From Bacilli bacterium (GTDB taxonomy: Bacteria > Bacillota_I > Bacilli_A > ML615J-28 > CAG-698), in NCBI GenBank assembly GCA_050953085.1, contig JBMNLX010000001.1, positions 187,234 to 251,233 of the forward strand: DNA of 64,000 nt, written 5' to 3'. Positions within the stretch are counted from its first letter, which is position 1. Each line of letters begins with the position of its first letter. Made by a program: the position numbers and the translations under genes. Shown one piece after another: positions 61,566-64,000 of the stretch. The notes below the pieces were generated by a model. It did no database searches. It saw nothing but the letters and a program-made list of their open reading frames with translations, and was not told the DNA's origin.

Positions 61566-61665
61566 TGTTTCTTAATTATAAACTATTATATGATAACCAC
61601 GCGCAAAAGTCAATATTTTTAATAATTATTTAGCGTTTCTTTATTAAGCGCAGTAAAAACTAATT

Positions 61666-63534
61666 TCATTCACGATAAACATCGCCCGCGATACGCACTT
61701 CGGTGCGGGGAGAAAGCGATATTTCAAGGATCTTCACCGCTTCGGGGGCGGTCAATCGCTTATACTGCTGCGAATAGAAACGTTTATTAAACCGTTTTAC
61801 ATACTTCAAAGCTTCATGCGACGATAACCCGAAAAATTTCTTCAAAAGATAGACAATGCGCTCTTCATCATCGCCGTTAACCCAAAACCGATAAAGAATG
61901 AAATCATTAATCTCAAACTTGCCGAGAGCGTCTTCGGTTTTTTGATCCGCGCCGGTAAGTTCCGGAGAAACCGGCGCGGAAAGAATCCGGTCCATAACAA
62001 CCGCCGCTTCCGGAAAGACGGATTTATAGTATTTTACCGTCTCAATTACGACCGTCTTGGTAAGCCCGGCGTTGATGCCGTACATCGCCATATGATCGCC
62101 GCCGAAGGTCGACCATCCCAAAGCCATTTCGCTCATATCGGTCGTGCCGATAACCAAAGCGTCATGCATATTAGCAAGATTCATCAGCATATGGGAACGG
62201 ATCCGGGCTTGGACGTTTTCATAGGTTATATCCTTGATCTTGCCGTCGTGGCCGATGGCGTTTAAAGATCTCTCGACGTCTTGCCCGATCGGAATCTCTT
62301 TGAAAGTGACCCCGAGAGCGGCCGCCAAATCGCGGGCATTATTTAAAGAAGCGGGGCCCGTCTCCCGCGACGGCATCGTCACCGCGATAACATTTTTCTT
62401 ATTATAACCGTAACGGTCAAACGCGTAGCATAACGATAACAAAGCCAAGGTTGAGTCCAAACCGCCGCTTACGCCAATCACGCAGCGCTCGATGCCGATG
62501 TATTGGAGTCTTTTAATAACCCCGGCGGCCTGGATATTGATGATATCGCGATAATCGCGTTCCGACTTCGGCGCGAACGGTCTTAATTCCAACGGGTTCT
62601 CAAAATCATAATCGTCGCCCCGTTCAAGCTGAAACGGCACGATTCTGATATCGGCGTCACGGGTGAACTCCTGGACTTTTTTGTAATAGCTGTTGTTCCG
62701 GCGGAGATGGTGAAGTTTCAAAACGTCGATATCTCCGTAGATAATGCTTGATTCGAGGGTTATCTCGCCCTCTTCTGCTATAATCCGCCCATTTTCCGTA
62801 ATCAGCTTATGGCTGCTGAAAACGACCTCGCTCGTCGACTCGCTCGCGTTATTGGAAACATAAACGTAAGCGCCGTTAAATTTCAGACTGATACTCCGGG
62901 TTAGAATCTCCCGGCGTTCTCTTTTGCCGATGTAGGCGGGCGAAGCGCTCGAGTTGAATACGATTAACGCCCCGTTGGCGTAAAGCGTCTCGTTAGGGGA
63001 AATCGGCGCCCACATGTCGGCGCAGACCTCGGCCGCGAACTTCACTTCGCTAGTCTCATCGGAAAAAATTAGCTTCCCGAAAGGGATGTCCTCGCCAAAA
63101 AGCCGAATCGACCGCACTTCCTCCGCTAGGTCGCTCCCGCTTTGGAACCAGCGGGCTTCGTAGAATTCGTTCGTGTGCGGCAGGTAACTTTTCGGGACAA
63201 TCCCCAATATTTTATTTCTCTGCATAACAAAACTGCAATTAAATATCGTGTCGTTCTCAAAGATATAAGACCCGAAAATGACTACCCCGGAAAACGGGTT
63301 ATTCTCAAGCAGGTATTCGATCGCCTCCAAAGACTGATCGTATAGGTATTTCTGGAAAATCAAATCGCCGACCGAATAGCCGGTAACGCACATTTCCGGA
63401 AAACAAACGATCGCCGTCCGCTTCGCTTCGGCTTTTTTCAATAATTCAATCATCGCCCGGACATTGTAGGTGGTATCGCCTAAACGGCTGCTCGGGCAGG
63501 CCGCGGCGACTTTTAAGAATCCTTGAGCGTACAT
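61666..63534 (-). CDS. nadE: Glutamine-dependent NAD+ synthetase
   Basis: Nitrilase domain (FPE, PK, EVCADMW), SGGLDST, ENVQAR. Confidence 0.95.
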   Translation of the reverse strand: MYAQGFLKVAAACPSSRLGDTTYNVRAMIELLKKAEAKRTAIVCFPEMCVTGYSVGDLIFQKYLYDQSLEAIEYLLENNPFSGVVIFGSYIFENDTIFNCSFVMQRNKILGIVPKSYLPHTNEFYEARWFQSGSDLAEEVRSIRLFGEDIPFGKLIFSDETSEVKFAAEVCADMWAPISPNETLYANGALIVFNSSASPAYIGKRERREILTRSISLKFNGAYVYVSNNASESTSEVVFSSHKLITENGRIIAEEGEITLESSIIYGDIDVLKLHHLRRNNSYYKKVQEFTRDADIRIVPFQLERGDDYDFENPLELRPFAPKSERDYRDIINIQAAGVIKRLQYIGIERCVIGVSGGLDSTLALLSLCYAFDRYGYNKKNVIAVTMPSRETGPASLNNARDLAAALGVTFKEIPIGQDVERSLNAIGHDGKIKDITYENVQARIRSHMLMNLANMHDALVIGTTDMSEMALGWSTFGGDHMAMYGINAGLTKTVVIETVKYYKSVFPEAAVVMDRILSAPVSPELTGADQKTEDALGKFEINDFILYRFWVNGDDEERIVYLLKKFFGLSSHEALKYVKRFNKRFYSQQYKRLTAPEAVKILEISLSPRTEVRIAGDVYRE

Positions 63535-63537
63535 ATA

Positions 63538-64000
63538 TTACTCCTTATATAGATTGTTTTCTTTTATATATTGTGCCACTTCGGGCAATAAATATTTATC
63601 GTCTTTTGTGTTTCGGTAAGCGCTCGCCGAAGCGCTGATTTCTTCGACATCAAGAATAAAAAAGTTATCCCGGTATTTTTTTAAAGAATCGCGCGCGAGA
63701 ATCGCCTCGATATCGACGCCGGCGCGGGGGATAACGACAAATCTGTTTTCCGCCGCCACCGCGGGAAAATTAATCCATGTTTCGATGCCGGCGAGATTAT
63801 CGGCGCCGAGCACGAAAACGGGATTATTGAACTTGCGGAGCGAATAATAAGTTCCGGCGTATTTTTTGTCTTTTATTTCGATGTCGCTAACCGCCGCCCG
63901 CGGTCCTAGCCGCCGGCATAAAAGTTCCAGCATCGAAAGACGGTGCCGGTCTTCTATGAGCCCCTCTTTCCAGTAAGCCTGTCCCGTCGGCAAAAAATAA
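63538..64000 (-). CDS. nadD: Nicotinate-nucleotide adenylyltransferase, 5'-partial
   Basis: HRLSML, LGADNL..I.TW, SASAYR, L.PEV.QYIKENNLY; adjacent to nadE. Confidence 0.88.
   Translation of the reverse strand, partial: YFLPTGQAYWKEGLIEDRHRLSMLELLCRRLGPRAAVSDIEIKDKKYAGTYYSLRKFNNPVFVLGADNLAGIETWINFPAVAAENRFVVIPRAGVDIEAILARDSLKKYRDNFFILDVEEISASASAYRNTKDDKYLLPEVAQYIKENNLYKE

Noticed and set aside
61666-61668. UGA-as-Trp genetic code (Mycoplasma-type)
   Set aside because: TGA ends full-length genes such as nadE, and conserved genes read through intact under the standard code.

Overview
A 64-kb chromosomal window from an anaerobic, apparently spore-forming member of the Bacillota (standard genetic code; CG-rich host genes mostly on the minus strand). 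Gene order resembles a condensed Bacillus subtilis: dtd-rel-apt-spoVB-yrbG-yrzE, hrcA-grpE-dnaK-dnaJ-rsmE-mtaB-cshB-nfo, yqeGH-yqeK-rsfS, trmR-trhP-greA, and valS(T-box)-folC-radC-spoIVFA/B. Sporulation genes include an uninterrupted sigK, spoIVFA/B, spoVB, ylmC and a spoIIIE homolog, with sigmaE- and sigmaF-like promoter matches. There are two accessory zones. The first is a 1.2-kb IS481/IS1202-like element with a perfect 26-bp flanking direct repeat, next to an rpmG gene missing from the ORF track. The second is a ~5.6-kb AT-rich islet upstream of hrcA carrying a large serine recombinase and decayed RHS toxin/immunity modules. The most notable oddities are a SpoIIIE homolog with intact frame but degenerate ATPase motifs, a stand-alone transposase-derived HTH gene overlapping ispG, a small Q/N-rich protein behind a sigmaF-consensus promoter, and an orphan HPt protein between valS and folC. 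All family assignments come from motif recognition by eye; no searches were run.
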